From positions 15,637-79,636 of the forward strand of contig JBOGTU010000005.1 in the NCBI GenBank assembly GCA_050695655.1: DNA of 64,000 bases, read 5' to 3'. A program made the translations under genes and the position numbers. The notes below the pieces were generated by a model. It had not been told where the DNA came from, searched no databases, and saw only the letters and a program-made list of their open reading frames with translations. Each line of letters begins with the position of its first letter. Positions within the stretch are counted from its first letter, which is position 1. Positions 18,981 through 27,162 of this stretch are shown here, in pieces. Origin of the DNA: Chloroflexota bacterium (GTDB taxonomy: Bacteria; Chloroflexota; JAJPGV01).

Positions 18981-19763
18981 TCACTCGGCCGCGCTCCGGC
19001 TGGCCGGCCTCGGGCTTGGCGCGCTCATGTAGCTGCTGGCCCAGGCCGGCAGCGCCAGGCCCCGGGGCGCGGCAAACAGCATGGCCACGCCGTGTGCGTA
19101 CTTGCAGAAGTCAGCGAGAGGGGTGAGCGCTGCATCCTCCAGGAGGCCAGCCAGCCAGGCGGGTGGGGCGGCTTGCAGCTTCACCTCCACAATGGGGTGG
19201 GGCAAACGGTACGACCGGCCCCGCCGGCCACCGTCGCACAGCGCCGTCATCAGCACGTGGCTATCCAGGGTGATGCGCAGGCCGGGGCTGACAGCCGCTT
19301 CGAAGGCTTGCCGCCGGTAGCGAACCTGCAGCACGGGGGTCAGCCGCTCCAGCTCCACGGCGGCGCTCGCGGCCGCCAGCAGGGCCTGATAGTCGGCCGG
19401 AAGCGCTGCCGGGCGGCGCAGAAGCTCGCCCCACTGCACCACCACTGGCTGGCGCGGCAGCGCTTCCGCCAGCTCCACGCGCAGCTTGCTGCTCGATCCT
19501 TGCGTCGCCTGCTTCATCTCGGCGAACACGGGCCGCCGGCCGTTGTAGGCTCGCAGCCGCAGCAGCGTGCGCTGGCTGGGGTCAAGCGCCGCCTGGCGAT
19601 ACAGCGCCAGGTCACGTGTATCCAGGTACACCGATTCCACACGGTTCGCGAGGGCGCCCGGTGCTTCTTCGTGCAGCGGCAGGTGGGCTGTGATGAGCTC
19701 CGCCAGGGCCGGTTGCAGCCGCGCGGGAAGTGAGAACTTGATGGTTTGCCGGGTGGTGATCAC
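18981..19763 (-). CDS. VTC (CYTH-like polyphosphate-polymerase-type) domain protein
   Basis: TIKFSL...VESVYLDTRDLALYRQAALDPSQRTLLRLRAYNG matches the VTC domain signature (ERKFLI...SLYLDSPDLRLYR...KLRVRTY). Confidence 0.6.
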   Translation of the reverse strand: MITTRQTIKFSLPARLQPALAELITAHLPLHEEAPGALANRVESVYLDTRDLALYRQAALDPSQRTLLRLRAYNGRRPVFAEMKQATQGSSSKLRVELAEALPRQPVVVQWGELLRRPAALPADYQALLAAASAAVELERLTPVLQVRYRRQAFEAAVSPGLRITLDSHVLMTALCDGGRRGRSYRLPHPIVEVKLQAAPPAWLAGLLEDAALTPLADFCKYAHGVAMLFAAPRGLALPAWASSYMSAPSPRPASRSAAE

Positions 19764-20681
19764 CTGCGCGGCGGCTCCGATACCATTATTCCCGTGAGTG
19801 AAAGTCTACCTAAGCACAGGCAAGCGGCAGGCGCCATTGCCTCGGTGGGGGTGGTGGGCTGCGGGCTCATGGGCTCCGGCATTGCTGAAGTTGCCGCCCG
19901 CGCGGGGTACCCGGTGACGGTGCGCGAGGTGAATGGTGAGCTGCTGGCGCGCGGCCAGGGCCTGGTGCAGAAGAGCCTCGCCACGGCCCTCCAGCGGGGC
20001 AAGCTCAGCGCCGAGGCGTGCGATGCGGCCTGGGCCAAGCTGACCTTCACCACGGACCTGGCCGGCCTGGCCCAGTGCGACCTGGTGATCGAAGCCGCCA
20101 CGGAGAACCCCAGCATCAAAAAGGAGCTGTTCGCCGCGCTGGATGCCGCCTGCCACCCGGCGACCATCCTGGCGAGCAACACCTCATCGATTCCGATTGT
20201 CGAGCTGGCGGCCGCCACCAAACGGCCGGCGCTGGTGCTGGGACTGCACTTCTTCAACCCCGCACCGGTGATGCAACTGGTTGAGGTGATCCGCACCATT
20301 GTGGTGGCCGAGGCCACGGTCGATGTGGTGCGCCACTTCGCCGAGGGCCTGGGTAAGACCGCCATTCTGGCCAAAGATCGAGCCGGCTTCATTGTGAACG
20401 TGCTGCTGGTCCCCTACCTGCTGGATGCCGTCCGCCTGGTGGAGCAGGGCGTAGCTACCAAGGAGGACATCGACCTCGGCATGCGCCTTGGCTGCGGCTA
20501 CCCCATGGGCCCGCTGCAATTGCTGGACTTTGTGGGCATCGACACGACGTATTACATCGCCGAAATCATGTTTCAGGAATTTAAGGAGGCCAAGTTTGCG
20601 CCTCCGCCTCTGCTCAAGCAGATGACCATTGCCGGCCTGCATGGCCGCAAAACCGGCCAGGGCTTCTACACCTACCACTGA
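19746..20681 (+). CDS. hbd: 3-hydroxybutyryl-CoA dehydrogenase
   Basis: VGVVGCGLMGSGIAEV NAD-binding motif, and the family region ...GFIVNVLLVPYLLDAVRLVEQGVATKEDIDLGMRLGCGYPMGPLQLLDFVGIDT. Start may be the GTG at ~19794. Confidence 0.85.
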   Translation: MPGGDHLRGGSDTIIPVSESLPKHRQAAGAIASVGVVGCGLMGSGIAEVAARAGYPVTVREVNGELLARGQGLVQKSLATALQRGKLSAEACDAAWAKLTFTTDLAGLAQCDLVIEAATENPSIKKELFAALDAACHPATILASNTSSIPIVELAAATKRPALVLGLHFFNPAPVMQLVEVIRTIVVAEATVDVVRHFAEGLGKTAILAKDRAGFIVNVLLVPYLLDAVRLVEQGVATKEDIDLGMRLGCGYPMGPLQLLDFVGIDTTYYIAEIMFQEFKEAKFAPPPLLKQMTIAGLHGRKTGQGFYTYH

Positions 20682-20695
20682 AGGAGGAATCCACC

Positions 20696-21154
20696 GTGCT
20701 GCACCCTACGGCCATCGATCACATCGCCCTCAAAGTGACGGACATGGACAAGTCGCTGCACTTCTACCACGACGTCCTGGGGATGGACGTGCTGCACACG
20801 TCCGGCCCGCACGCCAACGGCGGCCGCTCCGCGACGATCCGCGCCGGCCAGCAGAAGATCGACGTCTTCTACCGGCCTGACTTTGTATCCGCGGACAAGG
20901 ACAAGCCTGTGGGCATGGATCACCTGTGCCTGGAGATCGACAGCACGTCCATGGAGGATGTGCTGGCCTTCCTCAAGCAGCAGCAAGTGGAGATCATGTG
21001 GGGGCCGGTGACGCGCTTCGGCACGACATCGGTGTACGTGTTCGACCCCGATGGGGTGCACGTGGAACTGCGGGCGCACATGGTGATGGAGGGCGCGGAG
21101 AAGCCAGCGCTGCCCGCTGCCGCGCGCGAGCCCGCGCCAACCGGCGGCTCATAG
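20696..21154 (+). CDS. VOC (glyoxalase/bleomycin-resistance/dioxygenase) family protein
   Basis: IDHIALKVTDMDKSLHFYHDVLGM...MDHLCLEI, typical VOC betaalphabetabetabeta modules. Downstream of hbd. Confidence 0.7.
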   Translation: MLHPTAIDHIALKVTDMDKSLHFYHDVLGMDVLHTSGPHANGGRSATIRAGQQKIDVFYRPDFVSADKDKPVGMDHLCLEIDSTSMEDVLAFLKQQQVEIMWGPVTRFGTTSVYVFDPDGVHVELRAHMVMEGAEKPALPAAAREPAPTGGS

Positions 21155-21251
21155 TTCCTCCAGGCCGCGGCAGCCGCGTCCGTGTGGCCCGCGCCGCGGC
21201 GGCCTGTACTGGCTCATCATCAGCCTGCACCCAGGTGCCGCGGGAGCGAGC

Positions 21252-21839
21252 GTGATTCAGCTCATTCTCTCGACGTTCGGCATCATCTTTGTGGCCGAGC
21301 TGGCGGACAAAACGGCGCTGGCGTCGCTGGTGCTGGCCTCGCGGCTTCCGGCGCGCTCAGTCATCGTAGGCGCGTGGCTGGCCTTTCTCGTGCAGACCGG
21401 CGTGGCTGTGGCGGCAGGGAGCCTGCTTCAGCTTTTGCCGGAGGAGCCGATTCGGCTAGCCGCGGGCGCCAGCTTCCTCATCTTCGCCGCGCTGGCCCTG
21501 CGGGAGGGGGGCGACGATGGCGAGGATGGCGGCGGGTCGAAAGGCAACGCCGGGCAGCACCGGGCTGCCTGGATCACCAGTTTCCTGGTGGTGTTCGCGG
21601 CAGAGTGGGGCGATCTCACGCAGCTCGCGACGGTGGCCCTGGTGGCCCGCACCGGCAAGCCGCTGGCGGTCGCCATTGGCGCCACCACGGGCGAGTGGGC
21701 GGTGGCCCTGCTGGCGGTGCTGGCTGGCTCCCGCCTGAGCAAGCTGCTCAACCCCAAGCTGCTCAGCCGCGCCAGCGCCGCCCTCTTCGCCGCCATTGGC
21801 CTGTTCATCATCATCACCACTTTGCTGGGCGGCGGTTAG
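21252..21839 (+). CDS. UPF0016/GDT1 (TMEM165) family cation transporter
   Basis: Two E-x-G-D-(KR)-(TS) motifs (ELADKT and EWGDLT) in a 6-TM protein. Confidence 0.8.
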   Translation: MIQLILSTFGIIFVAELADKTALASLVLASRLPARSVIVGAWLAFLVQTGVAVAAGSLLQLLPEEPIRLAAGASFLIFAALALREGGDDGEDGGGSKGNAGQHRAAWITSFLVVFAAEWGDLTQLATVALVARTGKPLAVAIGATTGEWAVALLAVLAGSRLSKLLNPKLLSRASAALFAAIGLFIIITTLLGGG

Positions 21840-21858
21840 CCCGCGCGTACAGTCACAG

Positions 21859-23019
21859 TCACAGGCGCTCGACGATCATGGCCATGCCCTGGCCGCCGCC
21901 CACGCACATCGTTTCCAGGCCCACGGTTTGGTTGCGTGCGCGCAGGCCGTTCAGCAACGTGGCCGTGATGCGCGCGCCAGTCATGCCGTAGGGATGCCCA
22001 AAGGCAATGGCGCCGCCAAAGGGATTGAGCTTGTCACCAAACGGATCCAGCCCCAGGCCGCGCGCCGAGGGAATCACCTGCGCGGCAAAGGCCTCGTTCA
22101 GTTCCACCAGCTCAATGTCATCCATGGTCATGCCCGCCAGGTCCAGCGCACGGCGCGTGGCAGCGATGGGCCCCAGGCCCATGTACTCCGGCTCCAACGC
22201 GGATACGGCTGTGGAGATGATGCGTGCCAGCGGGCTGATGCCCAGGTCCTTTGCCTTGCTGTTCGACATGACCACCACAGCCGCCGCGCCATCACTGAAA
22301 GGGCAGGAGTTGCCGGCGGTCACGTTGCCACCCTCCCGAAAAGCCGGCTTCAGCGTGGCCAGCACCTCTACCGTCGTCCCCGGGCGAGGGCAGTCGTCCA
22401 CTCGGTACACGCGGCCGTCGGGAAGGGGAATGGGAATGATTTCGCCGTCGAAGTGCCCGCCGGCCTGGGCGGCTTCCGCGCGCCCCTGGCTGAGGCAGGC
22501 GAAGCGATCCATCTCCTCACGGGAGATGTGCTCGCGGTCCGCCACGTTCTCGGCGGTCAGCCCCATGGAGATGTAGTAGTCCGCCAGGTGCTCTGGATTG
22601 CCGGGGCGCAAGCGGGGATTGACTGCCTCGGCAACATCCGGCTGGCCCTGGTAGTAGCGGGAGATGCTTTCTACGCCCACACTCAGGAACGCGTCACCCT
22701 CGCCGGCCTTGATGGCGTGCGCGGCCATGCGTGTCGTTTGCAGCGATGACGAGCAGTAGCGGTTCACGGTGGTGCCGGGCGTGTCGAGCCCCGCCAGCAG
22801 GCTGATGGCGCGACCCATGTTCCAGCCCTGCTCGGCATTGGGCATGGCGCAGCCGCAGATGAGGTCCTCAATGTCGGCGGCCGGGAGCTGGGGCACCCGT
22901 TTGAGCACCTCCGTGGCCACGTACGCGGCCAGATCATCGGGCCGCAGGGCGACTAATGAGCCCTTGCCGGCCCGGCCAATGGGTGAACGCCCCGCGGCGA
23001 CAATCCAAGCTTCATTCAT
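21859..23019 (-). CDS. acetyl-CoA C-acetyltransferase (thiolase II)
   Basis: MNEAWIVAAGRSPIGRAGKGSL...NRYCSSSLQTT (active Cys)...GHPYGMTGAR...CVGGGQGMAMIVE. The ORF track extends to 23373 with junk. ATG at 23017-23019. Confidence 0.85.
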   Translation of the reverse strand: MNEAWIVAAGRSPIGRAGKGSLVALRPDDLAAYVATEVLKRVPQLPAADIEDLICGCAMPNAEQGWNMGRAISLLAGLDTPGTTVNRYCSSSLQTTRMAAHAIKAGEGDAFLSVGVESISRYYQGQPDVAEAVNPRLRPGNPEHLADYYISMGLTAENVADREHISREEMDRFACLSQGRAEAAQAGGHFDGEIIPIPLPDGRVYRVDDCPRPGTTVEVLATLKPAFREGGNVTAGNSCPFSDGAAAVVVMSNSKAKDLGISPLARIISTAVSALEPEYMGLGPIAATRRALDLAGMTMDDIELVELNEAFAAQVIPSARGLGLDPFGDKLNPFGGAIAFGHPYGMTGARITATLLNGLRARNQTVGLETMCVGGGQGMAMIVERL

Positions 23020-23055
23020 GCCGTCCATTGTGACGCCTGGGGCTATGCTGTTGCC

Positions 23056-23958
23056 ATGCGGATTGGCGCGCACGTGTCCAGCGCCGGCAAGGTGTGGAAG
23101 GCTATCGAGCGCGCCCAGGCGATTGGAGCGGAGTGCATTCAGATCTTCGTCAGCCCGCCGCGGCGCTGGCAGGCGCCGTTCATTCTCGAAGAGGACGTGC
23201 AGGAATTTCGCCGGCTGGCCCTCCAGGAGGGCATTGGCCCCGTCTACTTCCACGCCGTGTACCTCATCAATTTCGCCACGGATGATCCAGACCTGTACGA
23301 GCGGTCGATCTACTCGCTGGCCGGTTATTTGAAGATGGCCAGCCGGCTGGGCGCCGCGGGTGTGATCGCGCACATGGGCAGCGCCGGCACGCGGCCCGTG
23401 GCCGAGGCGGAGGAATCCGTGGCGCTGGGGCTGGAGGCGGCGCTGCGCAAGGCCGAGTGCGACGTGCCAGTGCTCATTGAAAACAACGCCGGCAGTGGCA
23501 ATTGCATGGGCAGCCGCTTCGACCAGATTGGTCGCTTCATCGAGCGCGCCAGCGGTGACTCACGGCTGGGCGTGTGCCTGGATACGGCCCATACTTTCGC
23601 CTCGGGCTACGACTATCCGGACGCCGCGGAACGCCAGCGCATGTTCGATGAGATCCAGGCCAGCTTCGGCCTGGAGCGCATCCGCGCCGTGCATGTGAAC
23701 GACTCCAAGGCTCGCTTCGGCTCCGGCGTAGATCGCCACGAGAACCTGGGCGACGGGTTCATTGGCCTGTCCGGTCTACGGGAAGTGATCCTGCCGCTGG
23801 CGGCCAACGGGAGTGACTTTCTGCTGGAGGTGCCCGGTTACGATGGCCACGGCCCCGATAAGCGCAGCGTCGATCTCCTGCGGTGCCTGGTGCGCGGCGA
23901 GCCCGTTGCCGCGCCGCGACCCTCGCTGTTCCAGCTTCCCCAGCCGGCTGGGGGCTGA
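23056..23958 (+). CDS. nfo: deoxyribonuclease IV (AP endonuclease family 2)
   Basis: MRIGAHVS...HAVYLINFA...LIENNAGSG...HVNDSK, the Endo IV metal-binding signature. Confidence 0.85.
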   Translation: MRIGAHVSSAGKVWKAIERAQAIGAECIQIFVSPPRRWQAPFILEEDVQEFRRLALQEGIGPVYFHAVYLINFATDDPDLYERSIYSLAGYLKMASRLGAAGVIAHMGSAGTRPVAEAEESVALGLEAALRKAECDVPVLIENNAGSGNCMGSRFDQIGRFIERASGDSRLGVCLDTAHTFASGYDYPDAAERQRMFDEIQASFGLERIRAVHVNDSKARFGSGVDRHENLGDGFIGLSGLREVILPLAANGSDFLLEVPGYDGHGPDKRSVDLLRCLVRGEPVAAPRPSLFQLPQPAGG

Positions 23959-24005
23959 GTTGGCGTTCGCTGGCTGACGCACTCGCGGCGCCGCACCGGC
24001 AGGAT

Positions 24006-24617
24006 GTGTACATCATCGGCGTCACCGGTAACATCGGCAGCGGCAAGAGCACGGTGGACGCGCTGCTTGCGGAGCGAGGCGCCACGATCGTGGATGCCGA
24101 CGCGCTGGTGCACCAGCTGCAGCGGCCGGGCCAGCCAGTGTACGAGGCCATCGCGCGGCGCTTCGGGCAGGGTGTTGTGGGGGGAAATGGCGAGCTGAAC
24201 CGCCAGGCCCTGGGAGCGCTGGTGTTTGCGGACGCAGCGGCGCTGCGCGATTTGGAGCACCTGGTGCACCCCGCCGTGGGCGAGGAGTCGCGGCGCCTGC
24301 TGCGGCTCGCCCCACCCGGCAGTGTGGTGGTGTACGATGCGGTCAAGCTGCTGGAGGGTGGTTCCGGCGCCTGGTGCAGCAGCGTGTGGCTGGTGCTCAG
24401 CACGGCGGAGCAGCAGCAGGCGCGGCTGGTGGAGCAGCGCGGGCTGACGCCGGACGCGGCCCGAGCCCGCATCGCGGCGCAGCCGCCCGCGGAAGCCAAG
24501 GAAGCGCTGGCCCAGATCATCATCCGCAACCGCGGAACCCGCGAGGATTTGGCACGCCAGGTTGAGGCTGCCTGGGCCGCCACCGCCAAACCCTGGCTGG
24601 CGGCGCGCCAGCGGTGA
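24006..24617 (+). CDS. coaE: dephospho-CoA kinase
   Basis: (V)YIIGVTGNIGSGKSTV P-loop and DADALVHQL. GTG start at 24006 within ORF 23883..24617. Confidence 0.8.
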   Translation: MYIIGVTGNIGSGKSTVDALLAERGATIVDADALVHQLQRPGQPVYEAIARRFGQGVVGGNGELNRQALGALVFADAAALRDLEHLVHPAVGEESRRLLRLAPPGSVVVYDAVKLLEGGSGAWCSSVWLVLSTAEQQQARLVEQRGLTPDAARARIAAQPPAEAKEALAQIIIRNRGTREDLARQVEAAWAATAKPWLAARQR

Positions 24618-24706
24618 TGCACCAGCGAGGCTTGCGGCACCAAACTTGTGAACTTTGAGTCAGCTTTTGCGAGCGTACTAAGGCCCCGGAACGGTGGGCA
24701 CGGCCC

Positions 24707-25048
24707 TCACCCCAGTCCGGGGTCGTCCGTGGGGGGCCGAGGCAGCTCGGCCAGCTCGCCTGTGAGGCGGCGCACTTCGTCATAGTCCCAGCGTTGGATG
24801 ACGAGGCGCACCGCGGTGCGCTGGCCAGCATCGATCTCCACCTCAGTGAAGGCGGGGATGCACACCAGGTCCATGTGCTGCGGCACCAGGTAACCCCGGC
24901 AGACGGCCACGGCCTTGATGGCCTGGTTGACCGCGCCCGCGCCAATGGCTTGAACCTCCGCGTGCCCCTCTGTGCGAAGGAGGCCGGCGATGGCACCAGC
25001 GACCGCGGTGGGTTTGGATTGGGCAGCTACTTTGAGGACGTTGGGCAT
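24707..25048 (-). CDS. spoVS: SpoVS family protein (with C-terminal extension)
   Basis: MPNVLKVAAQSKPTAVAGAIAGLLRTEGHAEVQAIGAGAVNQAIKAVAVCRGYLVPQHMDLVCIPAFTEVEIDAGQRTAVRLVI closely parallels B. subtilis SpoVS. Confidence 0.8.
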   Translation of the reverse strand: MPNVLKVAAQSKPTAVAGAIAGLLRTEGHAEVQAIGAGAVNQAIKAVAVCRGYLVPQHMDLVCIPAFTEVEIDAGQRTAVRLVIQRWDYDEVRRLTGELAELPRPPTDDPGLG

Positions 25049-25131
25049 GGTGACCAGCAGTGCGCGCAAGTTCTGCGCCGTGTGAGGTGGCCGGCACAGC
25101 CTGGGCCGTGCCGGACGCCTCACAGTCAGTC

Positions 25132-26661
25132 CTATTTGGCGAACTCGACGGCGCGCGTCTCGCGCGAAACCATCACCTTGATCTGGCCCGGATAGCTGAG
25201 GTTCTCCTGGATCTGCTTCACAATGTCGCGCGCCAGACGGCTGGCGGCCAGGTCATCCACTTCCTCCGGCTTGACGATGATGCGCACTTCGCGGCCAGCT
25301 TGGATGGCAAACGACCGCTCCACGCCGGGGAAGGAGTTGGCGATGCTCTCCAGCGCCTCCAGCCGCTTGACGTACGTTTCCAGGCTTTCGCGCCGGGCGC
25401 CCGGCCGCGCCGCGGAGATGGCATCGGCCGCGGCCACAATGAGCGCCTCCACCGTTTCCGGCTCCTCTTCGCCGTGGTGCGCCTTGATGGCGTGCACCAC
25501 AGCCTTGGATTCGCCCAGCCGCTTGGCTATTTCGCCACCGATGATGGCGTGGGGGCCCTCCACCTCGTGGGAGACGCCCTTGCCGATGTCGTGCATGAAG
25601 CCGGCGCGGCGGGCGACATTCACATCGGCCCCGAGCTCGTAGGCCATGGTGGCGCACAACGCCGCGATCTCAATGGAGTGGCGCAGCACGTTCTGGCTGT
25701 AGCTGGTGCGGAAGTGCAGCCGGCCCATGGCCTTGTTCAGGTCCGCGCTGAGGCCATGCACCTTGGCTTCGGCCGCGGCCTTCTCGCCCTCATCGCGCAT
25801 GGTGTTCTCCACATCCAGGCGGGCCTTGGCCACCAGCTCCTCAATGCGGCCGGGATGGATGCGCCCGTCCACAATGAGCTTGGTCAGCGCCTGGCGGGCC
25901 ACTTCGCGCCGCACCGGATCGAAGCCCGAGAGGATGACCGTATCCGGCGTATCGTCGATGATCAGGTCCACGCCGGTCGCCGCTTCCAGGGCCCGAATGT
26001 TGCGGCCCTCGCGGCCGATGATGCGGCCCTTCATATCCTCGCTGGGCAGCGGCACCACGGACACGGCGCTTTCGGACACCTGATCTGAGGCGTACTTCTG
26101 GATGGCCAGCGCGATGATCTTGCGCGCCTTCTGCTCGGCTTCCTCTTTGGTTTCGAACTCAATCTCGCGGACGCGCTTGTTGGCCTCCACGCGCACTTCC
26201 TGCTCGATGTTGGTGAGCAGCTGAGTCTTGGCTTCTTCGCGTGTCATGCTGGCCACGCGCTCCAACTCCTGCACTTGTTCCAGCCGCTTGAGCTCCATGG
26301 CCTCGTGCAGCTCTTCGGTTTCCTGCTCTTTGGCGTTGACGTTGCGCTCGCGCTTGTCCAGCGCCTCCAGCTTGCGATCCAGGTTCTCTTCCTTTTGGGA
26401 GATGCGGCGCTCCGTACGCTGGCTCTCGGAGCGGGCCTCTCGGGCCTCGCCCTCGGCTGCCGTGCGCACCTTCAGCGCCTCATCCTTGGCCTGCAGCAGG
26501 ATGTCTTTTTCCTGTGCCTTGGCCTCAGCCAGCAGGGTCTCGATTTTGGCGTTTGCCTCGCGTTCGCGGCCTTCGTTACGGGTGCGCTTCAGCGCCAGGC
26601 CGGCGCCGAAGCCTGCCGCCCCGACCACGACCGCGACAATGACGAACAGAACAATGTTCAA
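25132..26661 (-). CDS. rny: ribonuclease Y
   Basis: N-terminal TM helix, long coiled-coil, KH domain ([26 protein letters not shown]) and HD domain (FMHDIGK...HH). Confidence 0.9.
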   Translation of the reverse strand: MNIVLFVIVAVVVGAAGFGAGLALKRTRNEGREREANAKIETLLAEAKAQEKDILLQAKDEALKVRTAAEGEAREARSESQRTERRISQKEENLDRKLEALDKRERNVNAKEQETEELHEAMELKRLEQVQELERVASMTREEAKTQLLTNIEQEVRVEANKRVREIEFETKEEAEQKARKIIALAIQKYASDQVSESAVSVVPLPSEDMKGRIIGREGRNIRALEAATGVDLIIDDTPDTVILSGFDPVRREVARQALTKLIVDGRIHPGRIEELVAKARLDVENTMRDEGEKAAAEAKVHGLSADLNKAMGRLHFRTSYSQNVLRHSIEIAALCATMAYELGADVNVARRAGFMHDIGKGVSHEVEGPHAIIGGEIAKRLGESKAVVHAIKAHHGEEEPETVEALIVAAADAISAARPGARRESLETYVKRLEALESIANSFPGVERSFAIQAGREVRIIVKPEEVDDLAASRLARDIVKQIQENLSYPGQIKVMVSRETRAVEFAK

Positions 26662-26967
26662 ACTTTCCCTCCTCCGCGCAGGGGCATGCCTGTTCTGTTC
26701 GTGGGCCGGGCAGGACCAGGTCTAGGAGAATGGCGAGATGTCGTCGCCCTTCAGCACGAGTGCTCGAGAATTTGGGGCACCGATAGCTCCAAAAGCCGCC
26801 AATAAGGCCGCCACATGTTCCACCGAAAAGACTCAGACAGGCTTCTGCCCAAGATTAAGATTCTTCGCGAGCTCCGCCCCGGGTACCGATTCCCCAGAAC
26901 GAACGTTCAGCTACGTTGACTATAAAGACGGGCAGATTGGCATGTCAAGGAACATGCCGCATCTCGC

Positions 26968-27093
26968 CTAAAAGTTTGGCCGCAAGCAATGCCGCGGCGG
27001 CCGGGTGGGGCTGCCTGGGAACGTCCGCTCAAGTCGATGTGGCTGCCGCGGGGGCTGGTCGAGGGCCGCTTGGCTTGGCGGCCAAACTTTTAG
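26968..27093. repeat. 126-bp element bounded by perfect 16-bp terminal inverted repeats (ctaaaagtttggccgc ... gcggccaaacttttag); MITE-like or long RNA hairpin
   Basis: Read directly: 26968-26983 and 27078-27093 are exact reverse complements. The spacer contains further complementary GC-rich segments. Located in the lower-GC rny-lon divergent intergenic region. Confidence 0.5.
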
Positions 27094-27162
27094 TCCTGAT
27101 CGTTTCGGGCGCCCAACCTGCGTACCCAGCATCCCCCCGGCCGTTCCGCCGCGAAAGCCGCG

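Noticed and set aside
26662-27162. CIRCE/HAIR heat-shock operator upstream of lon
   Set aside because: Searched the divergent intergenic region. Only a partial agcac-ga-gtgct palindrome was found, with no TTAGCACTC-N9-GAGTGCTAA or CTTGAGT-N7-ACTCAAG match.
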